DNA of 64,000 bases from a virus. Both the position numbers and the translations under genes were made by a program. The stretch is from positions 64,001 to 128,000 of IMG/VR virus record IMGVR_UViG_3300018080_000003. One strand, 5' to 3'. Below are positions 31,075 to 41,646 of the stretch, in pieces (position 1 is the stretch's first letter; each line of letters begins with the position of its first letter). The notes beneath the pieces were generated by a model that worked only from the letters and a program-made list of their open reading frames with translations, was not told where the DNA came from and did no database searches.

Positions 31075-31449
31075 ATGACCTACACCCACCAAGTCCCCAG
31101 CTACAAGCATGGACCCACGGCCAAGGCGCTCATCGCGCAAGGCTGGGCCCTGCACGTCGTGGAGACCTACAGCAGCAAGAACTACACGGACCTTCTCATC
31201 CGGATCATCCCCGCCGCTGAGACCCTCGCCGGTCTCGCCGCCGATGAGGGCATCCGCATGCTCAAGCTCGATCGCTACGACATCAATGTCCGCGTCCGCA
31301 TGGACGAGTCCGCGCCTCCCAGCATCGACGATGCCGTCGAGTATGCCTCCAGGTGCTTCGCCAAGAGCATCCACAACACCCTCGGCCGCTACGTCGAGCG
31401 CCTTCAGTCCGTCCTCAGCCGTGTCCCCGTCCCTCAGGAGAAGTCATGA
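31075..31449 (+). CDS. Hypothetical protein
   Basis: Between ATPase and VWA genes, coupled to the latter. Confidence 0.55.
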   Translation: MTYTHQVPSYKHGPTAKALIAQGWALHVVETYSSKNYTDLLIRIIPAAETLAGLAADEGIRMLKLDRYDINVRVRMDESAPPSIDDAVEYASRCFAKSIHNTLGRYVERLQSVLSRVPVPQEKS

Positions 31450-32573
31450 GCATCGAAACATCCTCTGCCTGGAAGGCTGCCACTGGCGCCTTCAGTCCAG
31501 ATCCCGGCTCTTGGGCCGAAGCGTTCATGGACACGATGCCTCAGCAGTACGCTTCCCTGCTCGCGAGAGGTGGCCCGGCCCTGGACTGCGCCGTCAAGCG
31601 GCACAACGAAGCGAAGACCAACATGTTCTCCCAAGGTCACCGAAGCCCCTTCCACATGCGAGAGACCTGCCGCGAAGCTTGGAGACGCTTCCAGGAAGAA
31701 GCAGAGCGGCGTGAGTCTCTCGAATTCGGCCTCGGCTTCGACCAGTCCGACAGCTGGGACCACAGTTTCCGTGCCGAGCTGCCCCAGAAACTGCGACCCG
31801 CCAAGGTCTACGACATCGCCCGGCTCGCCGGCCGGCTGGTCGTCGCGCTGCGTGGAGAGAAGGCAAAGAAGGTCTCTTCTGTACCCGAGGAGGTCTACGA
31901 CGTCGAGCTGGGCGGTGACCCCTCCCGTCTGCTCACCAGCGAACTGATGCACCTCGGGCAACCCACCGAGCTGATGCTCCTCAACCGCATCAACGAGCAG
32001 CGCGCCCTGCAGTACAAGCTGCGCGGAGAAGCAGCCGCCAAGCGCGGACCGCTGATCATCGCCATCGACGAGTCGGGCTCGATGGGCGGAAGCGGCTTCA
32101 AGCGCGGCGTCTGGGCCAAGGCTGCCGCTGTGGCGCTCACCCGTCTGGCCTGGGAGGACGATCGGCCCGTCATCTGGGTCCACTGGTCGACCACCGTCAG
32201 CAGCACGGAGATGCCCAAGCCCGACAAAGACAAGCTCGCCTACGCCATCCGGCACTTCTACGGCGGAGGTAACGACTGCGCAAAGGCGCTTTCCCGAGCA
32301 GGCAAGCTTGTCTGCCGGCTCCGTGAGGCTGGCCATCCAGGAGGAGACGTCATTCTCATCACCGACGGGGTCGAGAAGTGGGGCGAAGAAATCGAGCACG
32401 CCATCGACAGCATCGAAGACAGTGACGCGCGGCTCTGGACCATCGGCATCGAGGTCGACTGTCGCATTGAGGCAGACGCACCCATCCGCGCCCGCGCCGC
32501 GGCCTACACGGCCATCAAAGAGGGCGGTCTTAGCCAGGCTGACCTCGGAAGCGCGAAGGGAGCGGTGCTGTGA
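31446..32573 (+). CDS. VWA-domain protein (ViaA-like partner of MoxR ATPase)
   Basis: MIDAS IAIDESGSM, GGGND, LITDG. Confidence 0.85.
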   Translation: MSIETSSAWKAATGAFSPDPGSWAEAFMDTMPQQYASLLARGGPALDCAVKRHNEAKTNMFSQGHRSPFHMRETCREAWRRFQEEAERRESLEFGLGFDQSDSWDHSFRAELPQKLRPAKVYDIARLAGRLVVALRGEKAKKVSSVPEEVYDVELGGDPSRLLTSELMHLGQPTELMLLNRINEQRALQYKLRGEAAAKRGPLIIAIDESGSMGGSGFKRGVWAKAAAVALTRLAWEDDRPVIWVHWSTTVSSTEMPKPDKDKLAYAIRHFYGGGNDCAKALSRAGKLVCRLREAGHPGGDVILITDGVEKWGEEIEHAIDSIEDSDARLWTIGIEVDCRIEADAPIRARAAAYTAIKEGGLSQADLGSAKGAVL

Positions 32574-34232
32574 GCCAGCCGCTCGAACTCGGACGAGTCT
32601 GCTTCACCAGGCACCGTACGCAAGAAACAAACTCAGATCCAGAAGTTGCATCCCCACCAAAGCAAGTCTCCGGTTGCCAGCCTTGGGCCCTGGACCTCGA
32701 CGCCGGCTTTCAGACGGTCATCATCGAAGGCGAGTGCTGGGTCGTCGTCAGATGGATCGCCTGGAGATCTGAGGAAAAACAATGAAAATGAAGAAGCTTG
32801 AACCCACGTTCGAAAAGAAACTCACCATCCCTTACGGTCAGCACGACGTCCAGTACGACTACCAGAAAGACGTCCTCTGGCTCCGACTGAGGGATGGCCA
32901 CAACGTCATGCTTGGGTCCCTTTCTGTCTTCAAGGGCAGGGTCGAAGGGATCCTCTCTGACATCGAGAAGCACCGATGAGGCCCTGGTACGAGAACTTGA
33001 GCAAGGGCGAGATGCTCTTGTGGGGAGGATCCGAGGTGTTCGTCATCGAGCCGTGGAACGGCTCCTACCTTCGGGTCTGGGGCCTTTGCTTCAGCGAACG
33101 CGGGCCCATGCGCTTCGATGTGAACGAGCTGGAACTCGGATGCGAGCCCATGGTCGACGACAACAAGCGGCGCGCCGTCCAGCGGGTGATCCTCGAAGGC
33201 GGACGCCTCACGCTTCCCGAGGGCAGCGTCGGGCCCGACGTCACCAAGGAACACGCCTACTCCGGATGGTCCAAAGACCATCTTTCGAACAAGCACTTCA
33301 ACAAGGCCGACGAGGCCGCATCGTTCCTCATCCCATGAGCAAACTCTTCACCCCCGTCGAAGCCATCGCCATCATGCTCCTCGTCGGAGCCATGGCCATG
33401 CAGTCGGGACGAGAGCCCGAGGATGCCCTCGCAGGCATCTTCTACGTCTTCTCCGGCATCCTCGTCGGCATGCGTTGCAGCGAAGAAGGACACCTATGAG
33501 TAAAAACTCCCCTGACGACGACAGCTACTACGTGGCTGCGAACCAAGAGGTCACTGACGCCATCACAGACGTGTACTGGCACCATGAAGAACTCATCCGC
33601 AAGTGGGAACGCGTCATGAAAGCCGAAGAGACCCTGGCCCACTACCACAAGACCCCCGACGCCGAGCGTCAGATCGCTACCGCCGGAGCTGCCACAGCCA
33701 AGCAAACCCTGTGCGTACTCCGAGCGCTCATCCACGAGAACGACCGATGAAGCGCCGCCCCTTCGACGCCTTCGACTTCATCCCGGACGACTACTTGAAT
33801 CCAAAAGAAACCATCATGAAGGTCACACTCCAGTTCCACCACACCGAAGACGCCGCTCCGCCCCCAGACAAGGCGCTCGTGCTCCTCGAAGCCAGTGCCC
33901 TTTGTCAAAAAGGCGAGGAGCCCAAACGTGTCTTCGAAGAGATGATGCTCGGACGTCGAGTCGACATGGACGATGGCACCTGGGGCTTTGCGCTCGAAGG
34001 CTGTGAACCTCAGGACCCAGAAGACTTCTACGCCTGGGCCGAGCTTCCCGCCATGCCAGCGCCGCGGCCTACCCCGACGGTCGATGATTACGAGAAGGCC
34101 GTTTTGGATCTCCTCGTCAAGTACGAGGAGGGCACGACAGATGATGCATCCTTGGTTCGCTCCGTTGGCGAGCTGTACAACCGTTTCCCTTCGCTCCGCA
34201 TGCGAGCACGGCGAGAGGCGGCGAGGCGATGA
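32570..34232 (+). other. Six hypothetical CDS (32570-32785, 32782-32979, 32976-33338, 33335-33499, 33496-33750, 33747-34232)
   Basis: Chain of 4-nt overlaps. Confidence 0.6.
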
Positions 34233-34504
34233 TCCCTGGACCCGGTCAGAAAGGCTACATCGGCAGCCTTCAGGCGGAGATCCTATCGGCCATACGAGAG
34301 AAGGGCGAAGCCCACGGGATGCTCATCGCTGACATCATCGACATGGACAAAAACGAGGTCTACCCGCCGCTTCGACGCCTGCTCAAGCGCGGCCTCATCG
34401 ACCACAAGCCCCCCTTCTACGCCCCTGAGTCCCGAGGCGTACCCCGCAAGGTTTACTTTCTCACCGAAAAGGGACGGGCGGCGCTAGAACAGCTCGATGT
34501 CTGA
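34229..34504 (+). CDS. PadR-like winged-helix protein
   Basis: ILSAI...HGMLI...VYPPLRRL...GLI...RKVYFLTEKGRAAL. Confidence 0.8.
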   Translation: MIPGPGQKGYIGSLQAEILSAIREKGEAHGMLIADIIDMDKNEVYPPLRRLLKRGLIDHKPPFYAPESRGVPRKVYFLTEKGRAALEQLDV

Positions 34505-35261
34505 CGCCCTGACAGCGCTCCTGGACGCTCACAGTGGCTGGAACAGGCCCGAGCCCCGCAAGTCGAAGCCAAGAAAGCGGCTCAAGACCTACAAGACCCA
34601 CTGCCGATTTCAGAGCGTGCGACGTGGGAAGACAGACCCCCGGTACTGCCACACCTGGGTGCTCTACATGCCCTGCGCCAAGGAGCACGTCAGCCACGCG
34701 GCCGAGCCTCCCGAGGACATCGCCTGCGTCAAAGCGGTCAGCTGCGACCTGAGGAAAGAATGAACAAGAAGCTCCGGGAAAGCATCAACGAGTGCCTTCG
34801 ATGCCCAGACCACTGCGAGTCACTTGCCGACTACATGCACGACATGGGCAATGATGCTCGCAGATGGCTGAAGCAAGCCGAGCGCGCGGGTGACGAGAAA
34901 GAGATCGAGTCCTGCAAGAAGCTCGTTGAAGAAAACGACCTCTGCGAGCGGCTCCTCAGGGCGCTCGTCAAGGCCAGTATAGAGAACTGAAATGAAGGAC
35001 ATTGCAGACACCAACGCGACCCCCGAGTGGTACGACGACATCTATCGAGCAGGTGTGCTCGAAAAAGTCTCCACCATCGCCGCTGAGTACGAACTCACGC
35101 TCGAAGAGCTGAAGACGATGGCTCCCACGCTCTATGGCTACGTCAACGGCTCCCCGAAGTACTACGGCAAGGCGCTCAGGGAGCTGTGCGCCCTCGTCGC
35201 CTGCGCCAAGGTACTCAAGCAGGAGCTTGAAGAGTACGGGCCTCACATCAAAGAGTATTGA
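34497..35261 (+). other. Three hypothetical CDS (34497-34763, 34760-34990, 34992-35261)
   Basis: Coupled ORFs. Confidence 0.55.
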
Positions 35262-35293
35262 CTTGTTCACGTAACCATGGTTACGTCTAAAAT
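35258..35293 (+). promoter_or_regulatory. Promoter region with ACGTAAC-CATG-GTTACGT palindrome
   Basis: TTGACT 35258-35263, 7 nt, then GTAACcatgGTTAC 35271-35284, same geometry as 29815. Confidence 0.6.
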
Positions 35294-35360
35294 GCCGCAA
35301 GGACGAAACGCTCTGCTGCAGAGCGTCTGAGGGTATGCACCCTCACTGATGAGTCCCGGC
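35294..35360 (+). ncRNA. Hammerhead ribozyme, type II
   Basis: GGAC-GAAA-stem III (CGCTCTG/CAGAGCG)-TC-stem I (TGAGGGT/ACCCTCA)-CTGATGA-GTCC; complete core; GUC cleavage triplet ending at 35327. Confidence 0.92.
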
Positions 35361-35551
35361 TCACGCGACGGAAGCTTTGACCCTCTTCGGAGGCGAGCTG
35401 AATCGCGGTCCTGTCTGCTTCTCCGGGTAGTGGCAGACGAGGGCGACGTGAGGGCGAGAGCATAACTACCTGAGAGCCTTGGTTCCAGCTCTCTCCAGGT
35501 GGGCCCAGTAATTGGAACCCTGGGCGCTGCGTTTAGCTAGCGCGGGCCCAG
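35360..35551 (+). ncRNA. Unclassified structured RNA
   Basis: CTCACG/CGTGAG multibranch with a UUCG loop; two hairpins with complementary loops GGTTCCA/TGGAACC. Confidence 0.55.
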
Positions 35552-35555
35552 CTTT

Positions 35556-35627
35556 GCATCTGTCGCTCAGAGGATGAGCAGCGGCCTTCTAAGCCGACCC
35601 ACGCAGGTTCGAATCCTGCCAGATGCG
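35556..35627 (+). tRNA. tRNA-Arg(TCT)
   Basis: GCATCTG/CAGATGC acceptor, loop CTTCTAA, GCAGGTTCGAATCCTGC. Confidence 0.9.
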
Positions 35628-35647
35628 CTCAAGAAAGGGGACCTCAA

Positions 35648-38600
35648 TTGAATCAAGAAGAGCAAGAAGGATGGTGGCTGACCGCTGAACAGTTTGATCC
35701 TGTCGACTGTGGCCACGTCGTCCATCCCTGGAACGGAGAGAGCATCGGAATCCTCTGGGAAGAGAAGGGCGACATCGAGTTCTTCTACAGAGAAGACCTG
35801 TCGCGCATCGAGCACTTGCAAGTCGACGAACCAACCAAGCTGCTGCGGGCTCTGAAAACCATCATGAAGCTCGGAGGAGAGCACACCTCCGTTCGCATCC
35901 ACTTCTTCGATCTTCGTCCGCCAAGAGGAAAAGTCGCAGAGCTGAAAAGCGACGCTGTCAGCAGTCACGTGCGAACGCGTGATGGCAGGAAGGTTTACCA
36001 AGATATCGGGCGCGCTGCCGTGCGCTTCGTCTGCGAAGTCCTTCAGGAGAGAAAGCGTGAGTGAAGACGCACGCAAGGCTCACCAGGCGAGGGTCGAAGC
36101 CGAGAAGTGCCTTCGAAGGGCACATTCCAACCTGACATCCGCCATCGACAGCGCCGAGAACGACAAGCATAGCTCCGCGCTTGAGGATGCCTCTTGGGCG
36201 CTCCAATACCTGGGAGCGGCCGTGATGCACCTAGGCAACGCCATTTACCACCAGACCAAGTGGGAATGCGCCCCGTACGGAGACTGAGAATGAAAATCGA
36301 CAAGCCGACCCCAGAAGACGTACTCCACACCCTCATGTGGGCTCGTGCCCTCATCAAGCGTGGATGGACAAAGCACAAGTGCACCAACCGAAAAGCAATC
36401 CGTAGCGACAAGGTCGGAACGAGATACTGCGCCATGGGCGCTATCTACGCGACAACGGATGATTACCAGCTGCAGCAAGCTGCAAGAATGGCGCTCGGCC
36501 GAGCCTTGAAGGTGCCAGGCATAGCTCACTTCAACGACCACCGAGACACGAAGAAACGTGATGTCATCAACCTCTATGACCGCGCGATCGAGTGCCTGAG
36601 CCAGCGCATCAAGCCGAAGAAGAACTCATGAAAAAGTTGCGAGAAAAGGATTTTTCAACAGCATACGTCGTCGCGACTCTCAACCTCTCTTTGGAGCCTC
36701 CTGTCGTCATCGATGTCAGATGCTACGGCGAGAGCGCTGAGAGGCTAACCATGAGGAGTTCGCGCTATTGCTATGCGACTCTGTTCAGCACGCAGGCCAA
36801 GTCCTTCGAGCAAGCATGCCAGCTGGCGCTCGACACGGCCAAGGCTGCTCCTCACCTCAAATGGGCTGCGTCCTTCTTGGAGAACTCATGAGCAAAGTCA
36901 CCGATCTCAAAGGAGCCCTCGGGCTCGTAAAAATCTGGAACCACGGACACATCCTCGTCTACCCCTCGACCAATCGAGGCTACGTCTGCATCACACAAAG
37001 GGGGCACAAAGACCGCAACGGCAAACTCATGAAGCCCGGCACCGTGGGTCCTTCTGATGGCTTCTTTGGCATGGGTGCCAAGGCGTTCGAGCCGAAGACT
37101 TTCCGCCACCCCTTGGTGGGGCCGGGGGACCTAGACGAGAAGAACAAGCATCTGTTCGATCTCTACGGAGGTCGAACCGCTTCTGTTGAAGAGCAACACG
37201 CGTTCGCTCAGAGGAGGCTCTGATGCCGCTCATCGACCCAAAAAACCAGCCCCCCATCCCTAAATGGTGGACCAACGTCAAAGTTGGGACGAAGATCGTC
37301 GCCGGAGCCGGCCGCGGTATCAGAGCCATCGTCATCCAGCCTTGGAACGACGTGTTCCTCGGTTGCGCAAAGCAGGTGTGGAGGACTCCTGCTGCAGCGG
37401 GAGCGAATCTACTTCAGCCTCGATGGGAGATGTTTGCCCTTCGAGAAATTGAACTCTTCGACCAGTTCTGGTTGCCGCTAGACACTGCAGAAGAGCTTCT
37501 CACGTCGTTCAGAAGTTGGATCGAGGCTCATGACCCCGACGGCTTCTTCGAGCCGGAAGCAAGGAAGACACAATGACACGTTCTGGATACTCCGACGACT
37601 TTGGCTGCGGTGGCCCTGAAGAGATGTGGGCCAACATCCGCTACCGAGGAGCCGTCAAGTCAGCTATCCGTGGCAAGCGCGGCCAGCGCCTGCTCCGCAA
37701 CCTTCGTGACGCCCTCGACGCGATGCCCGTCAAAGAACTGATCGAGATGGAGATGCAGGCCCCCTCAGGGGCCTACTGCGCCCTAGGGGCGCTCGCTGCG
37801 CATGAGGGGCGCGACCTGAAGGAGATGCGCTTCGACGATGAGACCGACGCTGAGCGCATCGCGGAGGATTTCGACGTCGCGACCTCTCTGATCCGAGAGA
37901 TCGTTTTCGAGAACGACGACGACTTCGGACCCTACACCAAGGACACGGCCGAGGTCCGAAAGCGGCGCTGGAAGCGCGTGCGGAGCTGGGTCGAGAGTCA
38001 GATCCGAGAGAGGCCATGACCGACCACCGCGTCCCGCTGTTCAACCACCAGCCCGTGCAGAAGTTCCACGTCAGCAACAAGGGCGAGTACGGCATCTTCC
38101 TCCTCGATGGCAACACGCTCATCATCTACAGCAGCTTCGGGAGCTACGGCCATCACTGGAGCCATCCGGGGGCAGACATCCGGAAGTTCCTCCTCAAGGT
38201 CGAGAAGAGCTACTTGCTGAGCAAGCTCTGTCCCTCCAACTGGTACACCTACTCTCGCACCGACTACGACAAGACCTTCCAGCGCGTGCGTGAAGAGATC
38301 CTTCGCGACCGCCGCGACGGCGGTCTGACCAAGGAGCAAGCGAGGGAGGAGTGGAAGCTCTCTGAGCAGATCCTAGCGCACCACGAAGGCTACCTCTGGG
38401 AGTGGTACGAGCACACGAGGCTGCAAGATGCGCACGAGCTGACGGTCATGCAGCCCTACCCCGGACAGCTCGAAGGTCTCTACCGAGATCTCTGGCCCGG
38501 GTTCAGAGCCATGCTCCAAGAAGACCTAAACCCCAAGCAGTACCTCGCATGAGGTTCCGCATCAGAGGGGCACGCTGGTTCAAAATGCTCCAGCAGAAGT

Positions 38601-41101
38601 CTAAGGTCGTCGCGAAGAAGATAGGGCTCTCGTACCCCAGCGATGACCCCGACATCATGGCCAAGGTCCACGCAGAAGCTGAGCGCCAAATGACGACTCG
38701 ACTGACCGAAGCTTTCAGGAAGGAGACCCAGTGAAGATCAACTACCGCAACATGCTCGAAAAACTTGCCATCCAAGCAAGGCGGGCTCTCGCCACGGCCA
38801 AGCCTGATCCTGCCGAAGAGTTTCGGTGCGAAGAATTCAAGCGCCTCCACCAGATGAGCGAGAAGGTGCTCGGAGAGCTTCAGTCTGAAGGCAACGCACC
38901 AGACGAATGGTTCGAGAAGCTGAAGCCGCACGATGCGATCTACGACAACCACGAGAAGCAGGTCGTCTTCGCTCTCACCAACTACGACCACAACGAAGGC
39001 GGCATCTATGTGGAGTGGCGCGAGGGCAAGAAAGTCCTGCAGACCTTCATCCCCAAGAAGATCCTCAAAGAGGACATGGTCAAATGGAATCCGTAGACTT
39101 CGAGGCCTACAACCGATTCCTCGCCGCACGAGGCAGGTACCTGCGGGAGAGCGGCTGGACCCCATGGATCGATGGGAACCATCTAAACCGCCTTCAGAGC
39201 GCAGAGGGGGCGCCCATCGTGCTGTGGAAGCCACCGCCGTGGATCCATGCCGACCGGCCCTACATGGACACCGAGACTGCAATATCTTGGCAGACCAACG
39301 AACACGCCATCGAACTGAAGCACCTCGGCCGCGCCATCGCCGAGCGCGAGCGCGAGCGCGCCCGGAAACAAAAGAAGAAGTGCCTTGTGTCCTTGGAGGA
39401 GAGATGAGCCTAAAGCCTGGAGTCGTGCTCCGCACGCGGAAGATCGACACCTACTCTGACGTCCCGGAAGGAGAGGGAGAGAAAGAAGAAGATGAGTGAT
39501 CAAGAATACGAGGCCCTCAAGAGCCTACAGGCTGCTTCCAGGGCGCTGTCTCGGTGCGCCGAGCGCGTCAGGCTCTACGACTTGACACTCCAGAGCGCGC
39601 GCTACGCCATTTCGTCCGACCTCGATGAGATCGACGCCCACATCCAAGATGTACGAGAGAGGGTAGAAGACGATGAGTGACGAAACCCAGCCCCTCCTCC
39701 GCGTCGATGCCGTCAACGACACGCTCGCCGCCTACCGGGTCGACGTCGACCAAGGAGTCACACCAAGCTCCTGGGCACGCATTCTCGCTGGATCCGTTGA
39801 AGCCATCGTCTCCGAAACCTTCCGCGTCGGCGCCCATCCTCCCCACGCGACCCCTGAGCAGATGAAAGCCCTCATCGCGGCACACTTCGTCTCCGAAATG
39901 GTCAACCCTCAACACGCCGTCGCCCCCAACTTCGCCGTCATCGACGGCGGAAAGAGCGAAGAGTCATGAAGCCTGCCGTCATGAAGGCGCCCTACTTCTT
40001 CTCCACCCGCGATGTGCAAGACTGGCTCAAGGAGAAGGCAGAAGAGCCTGGCGGGGCCGAGTGTCCCTGCTGTGGCCAGCTCGTCAAAACGTACCGGCGC
40101 TCCATCAGTCCAAAGGCAGCCCGATGGCTGCTGTGGCTGTGCAAATACTACGACGGCATCGTCGTGGGGCAGCCAGACAGACCCGTTGACGAGATTTGGA
40201 TCAGCACCACCCACTACCCCGTCAAGGGTGGCGACTACGCCAAGCTCCGCCACTGGGGGCTCGTACGCAAGAAGCCGAAGGACGTGAGCGATAAGAGCCG
40301 CAAGGCCGGCATGTGGCAGCCCACGGGCCTCGGCATCCGCTTTGCGAAGGGACAGGAAAGCGTCCCGAAGTACTGCTACATGCAGCTCGGCCAAGTCATC
40401 TCCAAGTCTGTCGAAACCATCCACATCGGAGACATTCTCAAAGGAGAAGTCTTCCAGTCCCCTGGCCCATGAAGAGAATCTACCAAGCCGAGTTCGACCA
40501 CCTGGACCGTCAGATCCAAAGCCTACTCCTCAAGGCAAGCCAGAGCGGCGACCGAGATGGGCCATCCATCAGCGCCGAGCTGCGGATGATGGTCTACGAC
40601 CTCGCCAAGACGCAGAAGCGGATGCTCAAACTGATGGAGCGCATGGCATGATCATCTACCTCGCCGTCAGGGGCAGCCGTGCCCAGGGCGACAAGCTCTA
40701 CAACCAGCTCCTCTTCGAGACGTTGCTCGTCACCGTCGACCTGGAGAAGGCGATCATCGTCGCTCGTGACTACGCCAAGAGATACGGGATGAACGACATG
40801 AGCCCCCTGCTGCCCAGAGAAGGCAAGATTCGAGCGATTTGGAGCGGAGAAGAAGGCCAGACCTGGGTCGAACGTCACTTGGTCAAAGACCTCATCATCA
40901 ACCTGGACGACATCGATGACCCTTGAGACGCTCATCGGGATCCAAACCGGCCTCGGCATCTACCTCGGCGTCCAGGCGCTCTACTGGAACTGGCGCCACA
41001 GACGACTGAAAGGAGAGCTGGCGAAGACGTCCGGCGTCCTGGAAGAGCTGAACACTCGACTGGAAAAGATGAACCAACATCTTCGAAAGAAAAAGAAATG
41101 A
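35648..41101 (+). other. Run of about 17 small hypothetical CDS, including 36290-36631 (DUF6197-like), 37573-38019, 38016-38552, 39966-40472 (CPCC Zn ribbon)
   Basis: Near-continuous chain of overlapping ORFs; functions not assignable by eye. Confidence 0.6.
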
Positions 41102-41646
41102 ACTACTACTTCGACACCGAATTCATGGAAGATGGCAAGACCATCGAGCTGCTCAGCATCGGCATCGTCGCCGAGGATGGTCGTGAGCTGTACCTGGAGA
41201 ACAGCGAGGCGGACCACTCAAAGGCCAACGCGTTCGTCAAGGCGGAGGTGCTTCCCTACCTTGAGCGCTCAGAGGAGGTACTCAGGACGAAGAAGCAGAT
41301 TGCTAAAGCCGTCCGCAAGTTCTGCCTTGACGACCTGAACAACCTGCAGCGACAGGCCCAGCACCAGTTCTGGGCCTACTACTGCGCCTACGACTGGGTC
41401 GTCATGTGTCAGCTTTTCGGCAACATGACCGACCTCCCGGAAGGCTTCCCCATGTGGTGCCACGACCTCATGCAGACGGGTGTGGAAGTCAGAAAAGTTA
41501 CCCACGAGAAGAACTGCTGGATCGCAGGCGGCGACGTCAAGTTCCGCATCCCCGGCTTCAACAAGCATCACGCCCTCCACGACGCCCGCTGGTGCAAGCT
41601 GGCATATCACGCCATCGAGCAGGTGCGAGACAAGCGAGGCTTCTGA
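41098..41646 (+). CDS. DEDDh 3'-5' exoribonuclease (Rv2179c/RNase AS-like)
   Basis: YFDTEF, LLSIGIV, AYDWV, HHALHDARW. Confidence 0.85.
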   Translation: MNYYFDTEFMEDGKTIELLSIGIVAEDGRELYLENSEADHSKANAFVKAEVLPYLERSEEVLRTKKQIAKAVRKFCLDDLNNLQRQAQHQFWAYYCAYDWVVMCQLFGNMTDLPEGFPMWCHDLMQTGVEVRKVTHEKNCWIAGGDVKFRIPGFNKHHALHDARWCKLAYHAIEQVRDKRGF

